A stretch of DNA of 64,000 nucleotides from a virus, in the IMG/VR virus record IMGVR_UViG_3300006329_000001, positions 1 to 64,000 of that record; one strand, given 5' to 3'. The notes below the pieces were generated by a model. The model was given only the letters and a program-made list of their open reading frames with translations, did not search any database and was not told the origin of the DNA. The first letter of the stretch is position 1, and each line of letters opens with the position of its first letter. A program made the position numbers and the translations under genes. Below are positions 45,884 through 57,200 of this stretch, in pieces.

Positions 45884-47777
45884 AGTGATAACTCGGTTTG
45901 TTGGTCTTCTTAGATAGATTCTTACTTCTGACCTTTGTGCCAGATGTCTCACCATATCCTTTAGGATGCTTACCAGGTTTTGTCTTACCTAACTTCTCAG
46001 AAGGTTTTGGCTTCTTCGATTCAGTGTCATGTAATCTTGCTGGCTTATCCTTATCTTTAGTTATAACACTTTCTTGTCCATGTTTGCGACCCAATCGTCG
46101 CATAACTTTACCAAAGCGACGCTTACTCATTCCCTTACCTGGAGAGGTTTGGTATGATACTTCACGTCCTTTAGATCCATCATCATATTTGTATTCACCG
46201 ACACCCTTCTTATATCCGATGCCTTTCTTCTTGAGGTCTTTTTCGAGCCCCTTGCGGGACTCTTTATTCTTTTTTGCGTCTGTACCTCTGTCTGCACTAA
46301 TGTTACCAGTCTGTTGTGACTTAGACTTTTGCATCATACGAGTAGTAGGGTTACCTTCCTTAAGGAAATCACTGAATCTCTTCAGTCCATCCTTCTCATG
46401 ATACTCCCAGTGACCTTCTTTCACATGGTCAGCAGCTTTGTATAGAGGTTTGCCTGTCTTGGCATTCTTCTTACCTGACTTGTATCCTTGCCATGCAGGT
46501 GTGTTACCTTTCTTGTCAGCATTAGTAACAGTATACTCTTCCTTTGTTTCTGTCTTTCTCTTAGCAGCAGATGCTTTGTATAGTCTTACTGCTTGAGCAT
46601 TCTTCTTCTTAGCACCTTCCTTATCACCAGCATGTGCTAGTTTACCACGCTTCTTATCTGCTTCCTTTGAAGCTGCTAGTGCAGTATCAGCAGAGATCTC
46701 ATGTAATGTTTCTTCATTCTTGCTCTTAGCATTTGAATGATGTGATGAATCACCGAATGCAGGATTATTTTTATATTCTGGTTTTTGTTTTTTCTTTTCG
46801 TCTGATAATTTCTTTGCTTTCTTATCAAGATAATCCTTCATCGCACCTTTAGGTTTACCATCTCCTTTATAGAGACCATAAGATGTGCCTTCGTTGGTAT
46901 CCTCTTCTTTAGGACCAGCAGCTTTTCTAACTCCTTTTTGCACATGGTCAACAGCAGCATCTTTGGCACCTTCCTTAGCAGCATTGCCCAGTCTCTGCCC
47001 AAAACCAGCAGTCTTAGTACTACTACCAGCAGTGGTACCAGCAACGGATGCTTTCTTAGCAGCAGCACCTCCGACAGCTTTGGTTGCTCCAGCAGCAGCA
47101 CCAGCACCTTTGACAGCAGCAGCACCTTTCCCAGCAGCAGCAGCACCTTTCGCAGCGACAGCACCAACTTTGGCAGCCTTAGCACCAACTACCGCAGCTT
47201 TTGTTGCGAGAACCGCAGCAGTTACTGCTTCTTCATCTACTACTTGCTTAAAAGATTTAAGGACAAATGATTCCTTTTTAGTACTCATAATAGCTCCCTT
47301 GCCATGTTTCTTTTCAATGTTTTTCTTAACAATATCAAGTGCGGTAACACCTTTACCGTGCTCTTTTTCAGCTTGCTTTTGGTAAACAGTTTTACCTTTG
47401 GTTTTCTTTCCACTACTTCCAGAAGATGATCCACCACCTCCTTTCCATGTGCCTCTCTCTAATTGCTTATCCCTCCAGTGATCATAACCCTCTTCACCAA
47501 AGACTTCTTCATTGGTGTGTGCAAATGCTTTTCTCATTTTACCAATAGCATCTCCTCTAAGATGAGGTGGATACTTTGAGTCATCCTTCTTCTTCTTTTT
47601 CTTAACAGCATCACCCAGTTTACTATGTTCAATCTCTGGTTGATACCCTTTACCTTCTGCAGCTAGACTTCCTTCACCATGTTGTCTGGTGTTAAGTCTA
47701 TCTATAGCAGGATTCTTCTTCTTGACGAAGGATCTATGAGCTGCGGATTTGCCTTTAGGGTTTGACACGTTAGCCAC
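45876..47777 (-). CDS. Lys-rich modular protein, probable internal head protein
   Basis: Basic modules separated by Glu-ending motifs; LKSFKQVVDEE and LKRFSDFLKE resemble the T4 capsid-targeting sequence. Confidence 0.65.
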   Translation of the reverse strand: MANVSNPKGKSAAHRSFVKKKNPAIDRLNTRQHGEGSLAAEGKGYQPEIEHSKLGDAVKKKKKKDDSKYPPHLRGDAIGKMRKAFAHTNEEVFGEEGYDHWRDKQLERGTWKGGGGSSSGSSGKKTKGKTVYQKQAEKEHGKGVTALDIVKKNIEKKHGKGAIMSTKKESFVLKSFKQVVDEEAVTAAVLATKAAVVGAKAAKVGAVAAKGAAAAGKGAAAVKGAGAAAGATKAVGGAAAKKASVAGTTAGSSTKTAGFGQRLGNAAKEGAKDAAVDHVQKGVRKAAGPKEEDTNEGTSYGLYKGDGKPKGAMKDYLDKKAKKLSDEKKKQKPEYKNNPAFGDSSHHSNAKSKNEETLHEISADTALAASKEADKKRGKLAHAGDKEGAKKKNAQAVRLYKASAAKRKTETKEEYTVTNADKKGNTPAWQGYKSGKKNAKTGKPLYKAADHVKEGHWEYHEKDGLKRFSDFLKEGNPTTRMMQKSKSQQTGNISADRGTDAKKNKESRKGLEKDLKKKGIGYKKGVGEYKYDDGSKGREVSYQTSPGKGMSKRRFGKVMRRLGRKHGQESVITKDKDKPARLHDTESKKPKPSEKLGKTKPGKHPKGYGETSGTKVRSKNLSKKTNKPSYHYG

Positions 47778-48303
47778 CTACGACTTGGACTTGCTCTACT
47801 ACTACATCAGCACTACCAGCAGTCAGTTTAACTGCTCTATTAACTAGAGGAGTTTGACCTAGGATTAATTGTGCATCAGCATTAGCATAGTTTCCACCTG
47901 CACTAGATGAATCTATGTTGGTAGTTATGGTACCATCAGTTGTTGAAGCAACTGCTTTCCCACTACCTACAGCAGAAACAAATGCAGCAGCGTAATTTGT
48001 GTCACCACCATTCTGAGTAGAGATATAGTCTCCAGTCACAAACTTATGACCAGGAGTACCACCACTTTCTACAGTGATAACTTGAGGATTAGCACCAGTT
48101 GCAGAAGCAATTCGTGCATTTGCAGGTTTGCCACATGAGATTAACTCAGGGACACCAGCAGCGAGGGTAATTGCAGGTCCAGCATTGACTTGTATTGAAG
48201 ACGCTGAAGTTGCAAGGACACGCAATACACCAGATTTAACTGTGATGTAGGCAGTACCCGAACCACTTACTGTTTGCGTATCAATAACATTTAATACTGA
48301 CAT
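47770..48303 (-). CDS. probable virion structural protein
   Basis: Ala/Gly/Thr-rich beta protein ending EQVQVVGG; GATAAATA box at 48328-48335. Confidence 0.65.
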   Translation of the reverse strand: MSVLNVIDTQTVSGSGTAYITVKSGVLRVLATSASSIQVNAGPAITLAAGVPELISCGKPANARIASATGANPQVITVESGGTPGHKFVTGDYISTQNGGDTNYAAAFVSAVGSGKAVASTTDGTITTNIDSSSAGGNYANADAQLILGQTPLVNRAVKLTAGSADVVVEQVQVVGG

Positions 48304-48326
48304 TTTTAAAGAATACCTTTACTAGA

Positions 48327-48755
48327 TTATTTATCTTGCTTTTGTTTTAAAAACTTAGCAAGTTCTGCTGTGCTACCAACAAACATGGTGTTGTTGGTGA
48401 CTTGTTTATCAGATGAAGATCCTTTCGGATTCTCTATCTCATTAACTTTTTTATGAAGGTCTGCAAGTTTATCAGCAACGTCACCGACATGTTTGATAAG
48501 TTGTCCTGCTACTTCATATGCTCTTGGTTGGTCTGACTCTTGTGCTAACTCAAGTATACCATCAACTGCTTCTTGACCTTTTTCTATTAGAGAATATAAA
48601 TTACCTCTTGTATAGTCATAGTCTTTCCTCAGTTGTTTTTTAGTATCTTGTGCGACCTCAAGTGCCTTATCACTGCGTTTAACGCAACCACCTTCATTTT
48701 CAACAATGGAAGTGTCCACGTTCATTGCATTTTCAATAGCTTCAAAATCACTCAT
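48327..48755 (-). CDS. gp16: terminase small subunit
   Basis: DYDYTRGNLYSLIEKGQEA, PRAYEVAGQLIK, FVGSTAEL. Confidence 0.95.
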   Translation of the reverse strand: MSDFEAIENAMNVDTSIVENEGGCVKRSDKALEVAQDTKKQLRKDYDYTRGNLYSLIEKGQEAVDGILELAQESDQPRAYEVAGQLIKHVGDVADKLADLHKKVNEIENPKGSSSDKQVTNNTMFVGSTAELAKFLKQKQDK

Positions 48756-49545
48756 CTTGTCCTGTCACTGGGTTATACTGTTTAGCATCTACAAACTCAC
48801 TGGTTAACTCATTGAATCCAAAATCATCATCTGCATCAGCAGTGACTGGATCAGGTGTTACCTGATATCTAATCTCACGTGGTGCATTAGGTGCATTCTT
48901 AGTATCAGCAGTGTAATCAACAATAGCCTTCTTGATAACCTCTCCAGACTTGTCTTGGACTGGACCGTATAAGTAAGTCTTAGCAACAAACTGTAAAGTA
49001 TATACCAGTGTCCTACGAGTATCGTAGTCACCTTCATATACATCCTGATAATCTATAGATGTTAATGTAATTGGATAGTCCTTCTTCTCATCCATAGTAG
49101 GCACAAGGTTTAGTGTGATACTAAAACTTGGTTGAAAGTAAGGTAATATCTGCTCAAGAATCTGAAGACCATCGTCTTGATTCTTTGCCATGATTGCCAA
49201 TTCAAAATTCAAATTATATGGTATTGGCATAAAGGATTTAAACTCTTTACCATCAGCTTGAGTAGACCTTAAATACTGAGTAGGAGATACCTTACGAGTA
49301 GCATCATAATTAAACCCTTGTATCTCAAAGGAGATACGAGGTAGAGTAATTTGAGTTGTAGTCTTATTAAGACCTACCTGTTGCAGACGTTGTAGAAATT
49401 TCTGACGAGGACCATATGCCAGAGGTACTTTCATAACTTCTGTTTTACCAGATGTTACCCTACGAAGTTCAATATTATTAAACAGTGTACCGAAACCGAC
49501 CACCGTCTTCTTAATAATTTCGTGATATGAATAAGTTCCTAACAT
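48748..49545 (-). CDS. gp15: tail sheath stabiliser / completion protein
   Basis: FGTLFNNI, VPLAYGP, LPRISFE, QILEQILPYFQP. Confidence 0.95.
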   Translation of the reverse strand: MLGTYSYHEIIKKTVVGFGTLFNNIELRRVTSGKTEVMKVPLAYGPRQKFLQRLQQVGLNKTTTQITLPRISFEIQGFNYDATRKVSPTQYLRSTQADGKEFKSFMPIPYNLNFELAIMAKNQDDGLQILEQILPYFQPSFSITLNLVPTMDEKKDYPITLTSIDYQDVYEGDYDTRRTLVYTLQFVAKTYLYGPVQDKSGEVIKKAIVDYTADTKNAPNAPREIRYQVTPDPVTADADDDFGFNELTSEFVDAKQYNPVTGQDE

Positions 49546-50420
49546 TAGATACTACTTCCTTTATTTCCAAACTCACCAAAGGGATTACCTTCAGTGAAAT
49601 CAATGATACCATCTGCCTGAGTCTCTATGACAAAGTTGGCTTGAGATTCGTCATTCACATTATTTAGTGTATTATATGTAGCACTTGTCCACGCAGCACT
49701 AGATGTATTACCAGTAAGAGTCTCAGGTATACTGAAGATTCCTGACCTATTGTATACAACTAACTGACGTGTAGCACTATTCCAAGACTTAACAGTAGCA
49801 GTGACATTAGAGTTACCACCTGTTACAATCTCCTCGGCAACGAAGTCTCCACTACCACCATCTGCAACGTTAACACTTATTGCATTGGCATAATTGACCT
49901 CCACTGCATCAACTTCTGTGATTCCTGTGTCGATATCTTCGTCGCTGTACTGGAAGAGTTCACATCGTAGTCCCCAAGTATATTGTTTACCCAACGTGAA
50001 AAATGGTACTTCATACTCGACAAACTGGATCTCAAAGATCTTATTTGCCATCGGGAAGTATACGAGATCGCCTTCATTTGGTCTGCCCTCCACTATTAAG
50101 GTTGCGTTATCATCTACCGCAGTAGTGAATCTTGTTCTTGAGATAACAAACGTTGCCTGATCAGCAATTTGGACTCCGAATTTGGAGAACATATCACCGT
50201 CTCCTCGGAATCCTGTGTTGTCTTCAATGTATGCTTCTATCTCAAATGCTCCCTCAAACTTCGACATTGTATCCTCACCGAATACACTATCAGTTTTAAC
50301 TAAAGTCCTTGGGATATAATAAACATTCTTACCGTACATCTTAATCTGCTCAATGACAAGACTTTCATGCATGTCTTGCTCACCTGTAGTTCCTTGAGTA
50401 AAATAAGGGTTAGTAGCCAT
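49545..50420 (-). CDS. gp14: neck protein
   Basis: EQIKMYG..VYYIPR, SKFGV, RPNEGDLVYFP, FTEGNPFGE. Confidence 0.95.
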   Translation of the reverse strand: MATNPYFTQGTTGEQDMHESLVIEQIKMYGKNVYYIPRTLVKTDSVFGEDTMSKFEGAFEIEAYIEDNTGFRGDGDMFSKFGVQIADQATFVISRTRFTTAVDDNATLIVEGRPNEGDLVYFPMANKIFEIQFVEYEVPFFTLGKQYTWGLRCELFQYSDEDIDTGITEVDAVEVNYANAISVNVADGGSGDFVAEEIVTGGNSNVTATVKSWNSATRQLVVYNRSGIFSIPETLTGNTSSAAWTSATYNTLNNVNDESQANFVIETQADGIIDFTEGNPFGEFGNKGSSI

Positions 50421-50421
50421 G

Positions 50422-51228
50422 TTATCCTATCATGTCTAATGGTGGAGTTTCCCACTGTTGTCTGAGTTGCTCATCCAAATCTTTTAACTCTTGGACTGCA
50501 TCATTATAAATCATCTCACCGTTAAGGGTAACACCACCAGGCATCTGGACGTTTTGGAATTTTGTCATATTACTACCCCACTGCTTCTTAATCTTAGCAG
50601 AAACATAATCTTTGACCCACATGTTGTCATATATCTCTGTCCATGTGAGAGGATCCAATGCTCTCCAACATTTAATAACAAAATACTGATCTAATAATAC
50701 ATCTGCTTGCCAATCCATATCAAGATATAATCTATTCTGAGTAGCAATATAACGAGTAGGTTTGATTCCTTCTAATAGAAAATCAATTGTACCCAAGTGT
50801 TGCTGAATCATATAGTAATGATAGAACTGTGTAGATGTAAAATCATACAAGTCATTCAAACGCATTTGATATCTAATATCAAACATGTTTGCAGTACCCT
50901 TATCAGTGAAAGAGAATAGTCCTTCAACAGATAGTATATGTTGTGGTATTTCTATGTAAGCATTCCTTTCACGCCACTCAGAATTACCAGCAGATGATGT
51001 AGTTAAAGTGTCCTGTGCAGTTTCAGCTCTATCAATATCTGCCTGAGTTATCTTATGCTTTAGGTAGACTCTCTCAGCACCATCATAATGGAACTGTTGA
51101 AACTTCTGTATCGTATAATCAATAGCATCATCGCACTGATCATCAGAGACATTGATCTCTAGTACAGGTTTACCTAACCTGCGTAAAGCATATTCTTTTA
51201 ATTCAGATTTAGATGTTGGTTTTGCCAT
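50422..51228 (-). CDS. gp13: neck protein
   Basis: YALRRLGKPVLEINV, KKQWGSN..KF, PGGVTLNG, PPLDMIG. Confidence 0.95.
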   Translation of the reverse strand: MAKPTSKSELKEYALRRLGKPVLEINVSDDQCDDAIDYTIQKFQQFHYDGAERVYLKHKITQADIDRAETAQDTLTTSSAGNSEWRERNAYIEIPQHILSVEGLFSFTDKGTANMFDIRYQMRLNDLYDFTSTQFYHYYMIQQHLGTIDFLLEGIKPTRYIATQNRLYLDMDWQADVLLDQYFVIKCWRALDPLTWTEIYDNMWVKDYVSAKIKKQWGSNMTKFQNVQMPGGVTLNGEMIYNDAVQELKDLDEQLRQQWETPPLDMIG

Positions 51229-54200
51229 TATGCTACAAGTACGTAGGTGTTAGAAGTGGTATTGAAATACATCTCTCCAGATGCAAGACCAGAGCCAGCA
51301 TCGTTAGCTGCTGATACAATACCAAGAGCAGTGCGAAGCAATGCAGCAGTTAAGTTAGACTGTACAAATGCTGTGGTAGCAACTTGAGTTGTGTTAGTTG
51401 CTTGAGCTGCAGTTGGAGCTGTTGGAGTTCCAGTTAATCCAGGAGATGCTAATGGTGCTGCGTTAGTAGCAAGTGTACCTTGTGCAGCAGTGGCGAAATC
51501 ACCTGTAGCAGCTGCAGCAGCAGTTCCTAGAGTAGGTTTGTTGCTTAGGTCATCATAGTCTCCACTGGTAGCTACAGTTGACAAGTCGCCTGGTTGTGTA
51601 GCAGAATCAGCAAGTGTACCTTGTGCAGCAGTTGCATATGCAGTTGCAGCAGTGGTAGCAACAGTGCCAAGTCCAAGAGTGGTTCTGGCAGCAGCAGCGT
51701 CTGCGTCATCAATTAGAGTTCCACCGAAGGTGCTAACAGCAGAAGCATCAAGTTTTCCAGTGATACCTGCTGTTACACGAGCATCAGCACGAGCGTTAGT
51801 GAAGTATAGATTGGTTGATCCTTCAGATAGATCATCGGTATCCGCAGCAGCGATTCTTGCATCTGCAAGAGTATTAACCTCAGCATCAGTTCTCTCAGTA
51901 AAGGAGATAACACCTGTGCCACTATTGTATGCTAGGTCTCCACCAACAGAGATGTGTCCTCTAGTGCGAGCAGCAGTTGTGAATAGATTTGTAGATCCTT
52001 CAGTTACATTGTCTGTATCAATATCAGATTGAGTAACAGAAAGAGTTCCACTACTGTGTGTAATACCAGTTCCGTATGTGAAGTGAGTTCTAGTTCTAGC
52101 AGCAGTTGTAAAGAGGTTAGATGAACCTTCAGTTACATTGTCTGTGTCAATGTCTGCCTGTGTGACAGATAGAGTACCACCAGAGTGAGTGATACCTGTG
52201 CCATATGTAAAGTGTGTTCTTGTTCTGGCAGCAGTAGTAAAGAGATTAGTTGATCCCTCAGTTACATTGTCAGAATTAATATCTACCTGAGTAACAGATA
52301 ATGTATATGTGTTAGCAGCGTCATCATAGACCTTAGTAACACCAGTACCTGCAACGATAACAGCATTTAATCTATCATCAACTCTCTCATCAGTATAATA
52401 CTTGTTGGTTGATCCTTCTGCTACATCATCTGTATCATGGTTAGATAGAGATGCAATAGTAGTTGGAGTTGTGTATGAGAATACACCAGTAGAAGCATTA
52501 TATGCTAGTGATCCAGTTGCACTGAATGATGCACGACCTCTAGCGTCTGTATAGAAGAGGTTGGTTGATCCTTCAGTTACGTTGTCTGTGTCTATATCTG
52601 CTTGGGTTACAGAAAGAGTTCCACCACTGTGTGTGATACCAGTTCCATAAGTGAAGTGTGTCCTTGTGCGTGCAGCAGTTGTGAATAGATTTGTAGATCC
52701 TTCAGTGATGTTGTCAGTATTGATGTCTGCCTGAGTAGCACTCAAGGTCAACATATTACCTGCGTCATCATAAGTTGCAGTAATACCTGTACCACCTGTG
52801 ATTAGAGCATTAACTCTATCATCAACTCTTTCTTCAGTGTAGTATAGATTGGTTGTGCCTTCTGATAATGCATCAGTGTCATGGTTCGCAATACTACCAA
52901 CCTGTGACTGGTTGTACTGAATGTTACCAGTAATAGTTAAGTTACCCTGAACTGTAAAGTCAGTTGTTGAGGTAAAGTTATTAACTGTTAAGGTGTTTGT
53001 ACTTGGGTTGTATGTAAGGTTACTTGAGTCAGTTCTGATTTCAGTGTTTCCAGTAGTTGCAGAAACGAAAGTAGGATAGTAAGTAAGGTTAGAAGATCCA
53101 GTCTCAGTAATATTAACTAGAGTTGCAGTGTCTGCATTACCTGTCAACGCACCAGTTACGTTACCAGTGATCTGTCCCGTTACACCGAGTGTGCCACCGA
53201 TAGTAGTGTTACTTGTTACGTCAAGAGTATTTGTTGTTGTTAATCCTGCGAATGTTGCAGCACCAGAAGTAGAGTTAAGAGTAATCTTATCTGTGCCAGA
53301 TCCATTCTGAAGTTTTAATGTCTTAGTAGATCCTCTTAATACAATATTATCTTTAAAGAGTGATGTACTGTTCTGTGTGATAGTTCCACTGAAGGTTGAG
53401 TTACCATCTACATTCAGAGTAGTATCAAAATCAACTGCACCTGTTACAGTAAGATTGTCAGTGATATTTGTAGCACCGTTGACATCCAATGTACCGTCAA
53501 CAGCAGTGTTACCAGTAGCACCTGCAACTGTAAATTTGTTGGTGTTGATGATTAGAGAACCATCCATTGTGACACCTGCAGAAGTTGTCAAACTTGTAGC
53601 AGAGATCGTTGTTAATGTTGTCTGTCCAGTAACATCTAATGTTCCACCAAAAGCACCATTACCAGTAGCACCGTTTAAGGTGATCGTAGTACCTGCGTTA
53701 GGACCAATGAATAGATCAGAACCAACATATACATCTTCATCAACAGTCAAACCACCCTGAGTAACCATCAAAGCAGCGTTGGCAGATAGAGATGTTGGGT
53801 TAGTATTATTTGTAAGAGATGTAAGTCCTGTTACTCCTAATGTGTTGGTGACATTTGTTGCCCCGTTAACATCAAGAGTTCCTTGTATATCTGTATTACC
53901 AGTTGCTGATTGGACTGTAAACTTGTCAGTGCCATCATCTAACTGTATTGCAAATTCTTTATTATCAGCGTTTAATACTACATTGTTTTGGAAAGTAGCA
54001 ACACCATCAACATTTAGAGTGCCATCTAGATCAGTTGCCTGAGTGACATTAAATGTATCGTCAATAGTTGTCGCACCCTCTACATTAAGAGTACCCTGTA
54101 TATCAGTGTTACCGTTGTCAGTATCAACACTGAAGATAGTAGCAGCAGATCCAGTCTGTACAGAGAATAATTTATTGTCTGCCTTAACTGTTAGAGCATC

Positions 54201-57200
54201 AGTAACCGTTGTTAACGCATCAACATCCAATGTTCCGTTGACGGTTAAGTTATCATCAATGATAGTCTCACCAGTATTAGAATCTAAGGTAAGAGAACCA
54301 GAGGTTGTATCAATCTCAGATGAAGCAGCAACACCAATTCTGATGTTGTCAGCAGTAATATCTGTAGAAGTGATTGCCTGATTAAATGTTACAGTACCAG
54401 TGAATTCATGTTGATCACCAGAGTTGTCACCGATAGTAGCATTGCCATCTACCTGTAGAGTTCCATCTATCTCAGCATTATCTGTGATATGAACCTTACC
54501 ACCATCAGAATCTAATATTAGATTTCCAGAAGTAGTACTAATTTCATTAGCAGCATCAACACCGATCTTAATATCATCAGCAGTGATGTCTGTAGATGTG
54601 ATTGCTTGGTTAAACTGAACTGTACCAGTAACAGAGTGTGAATCTCCAGATGCGTTACCAATAGTTGTGTTACCATCAACTGTTAATGTTCCATCTACCT
54701 TAGTATTTCCATCAACATTAAGGTTAAGATCAACATCTAAATCATCAGTTACATTAACTGTACCACCCGCAGAATCAAGAATTAAGTTACCAGAAGTTGT
54801 ATCAATTTCTGTTGCACCAGATACACCGATCTGAATGTTATCAGCAGTGATATCTGTAGAAGTTATTGCTTGGTTAAAGAGGACTGTACCTGTAATAGTA
54901 TGCTGATCTCCTGATGCATTACCTATAGTAGCATTACCATCTACCTGAACAGTTCCCTGAATGATTGTGTTACCAGTTCCTGCATCAACAGTAAATTTAG
55001 ATGTGTTGACAGCTAAGTCATCAGTTACATCAAAGGTTCCTGTAACTTCTAAATTACCACCAATAGCAGCATCATCAACAACCTGAAGATCATCTCCAAC
55101 CCAAAGGTCTAGACCAATACCTGCACCACCACCAACGATTAAAGTACCTGTAGATGAGTTTGTAGCATTAGTTGTATCAAATAGTTTTAGGCTACCTGCA
55201 TCAATACCAGATCTTGTTCCTGAAAATACTTCTGAAGAATTAGTAGCATCGTCATATAATGCAAATCTACTTACATCATTATCCCAACCAAACCATCCTA
55301 GTTTAGCAGAACCACTATAATATCTGAACTCTACACCACGATCCTTACCATCATCAGAACCAGGAGCAGTGTCGCCACCCAATGTAATGATCGGATCATC
55401 TAAAGTAACTACTGTAGAATTAACTGTAGTTGTAGTTCCATGAACTGTGAGGTTTCCATCAACGATTGCGTTACCAGTAACTTGGAAGTTATTAGTACCT
55501 GCGATTGTTACATCTGCATTAAATGTTGACTCAGAGTTGACAGTTAATGTATCTGTGTTAGCATCACCTATAGTGGTGTTTCCATCGACTGTCAAGTCAC
55601 GGTTAAGTAGAGTGTCACCGTGAACTGTAAGGAGACCTACTGCATCAGTACCTAGACCTGCTCTACCTATGACAGTGTTACCATTGTCAGAATCGATAGA
55701 GAATTGGGTCTGGGCACTAGCGTTATTAATATTAAATACTTCGTTATCAGACTGAATAATTACTGAATCATAGATTGTAGTTTGTCCATCTATAACTACA
55801 GTGCTATTAAAGTCTGCTTGACCATCTACATTAAGTGTAGTGTCGAAATCAACTGTACCATTGACTGTGATATTATCGGTGAATGTTGTGACTGAATTAA
55901 CAGTAAACACATCAGTATTTGCATTACCGATAGTAGTGTTATTTCCGTTCGCATTAAAGTTATTTTCGAATATGACTGCAGAACCTACATCTAAGGTTCC
56001 TCTTATATCTGTATCACCATTAGTTGATAGTACTGTGAACTTATCATCAGATCCATTAGTGATCTTAAAGTACTTCCCAGTAGTATCAAGAGTGATGTCA
56101 TCATGAAATGTAGCATCTAAATCAACATCAAGAATGTCATTGAGGGTAGTAGCACCGTCAACATCCAATGTATTGTTTAGAGTTGTTCCACCATCTACAT
56201 CAAGAGTACCATCTGCGTGAGTGTTTCCGTTGTCAGTATCTACATCAAATACACTGACACCTGCAGCAGTTTGGATATCAAATTTCTTATTATCTGCTTT
56301 TATAATAAGGTTATCTGTGATTTCAGTTTCTAACTGAATATCAACTGTACCTTGTATTACTGTATTACCATTATCATAGTCAACAGTAAACTTATCTGCT
56401 CCTGCGTTATTTTGTATATTAAATGACTTATTGTCTGCTCTGAAGATTACATTATTATTAACTTCTGACTGTCCTGCAATAGTAACAGTTCCACCAATAT
56501 GTGCGTTCTCAGAAAGACCTAATCCCCCCGTGACCACCAACGTGCCCGTCGTGGTTGAGGTTGATCCTGTGTTGGTTGTGAGCCTGAGGTTACCAACAAT
56601 GAGAGGAGCGTCAGTACCAGAGAAAACTTCAGAGGTGTTAGTGGCGTTGTAGAGGAGCCTATACCCGCCAGTGCCAGACCATATGTTAGAGTCTGCATAA
56701 TCCTCGTCCCACCCGAAGAACCCGATCCTTGCTTGTGTGTCATAATATCTAAATTCTATACCACGGTCTTTATTATCGTCTGAACCTGGAGCAGTATCAC
56801 CACCCAGTGTGAATATAGGATCATCAATGGTAACAACAGTAGAATTTACCGTGGTCGTTGTACCATCTACCTGTAAGTCTCCACGAATCTGAACCTTACC
56901 TGTTACAGCGTCATCATCGTTAGGATCCAAGATCATTGTAGCAGCAGTGCTACTTAAAGTATCATCTTGGAATTGGAATCCTTCTACATTAACTCTATTA
57001 CTTACGTTACTAGCAGATATTGTAATATCATTTTCAGCAGTAATAGTAATGTTAGCATCTCCACCACCTGCATTGGTAGAAAGAATACTTAGATTTCTAG
57101 CAGCAGCATTGTTCTGTGTTAGTTGGAATGTTAAGTTACCATCACCTGTTTTATCAAGTATTTGTGCAACTGATCCATCTAATGTAATATCAGGGTCACT

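Noticed and set aside
46838-47385. Three alternative-frame ORFs over the Ala-rich tract
   Set aside because: By-products of GCT/GCA low-complexity repeats
51775-52880. Repeats considered as a CRISPR array or DGR template/variable pair (the fibre has an Mtd-like N-terminus)
   Set aside because: The repeats are in-frame coding units differing mainly at synonymous sites; no spacers, no adenine-specific pattern noticed, and no reverse transcriptase in the window
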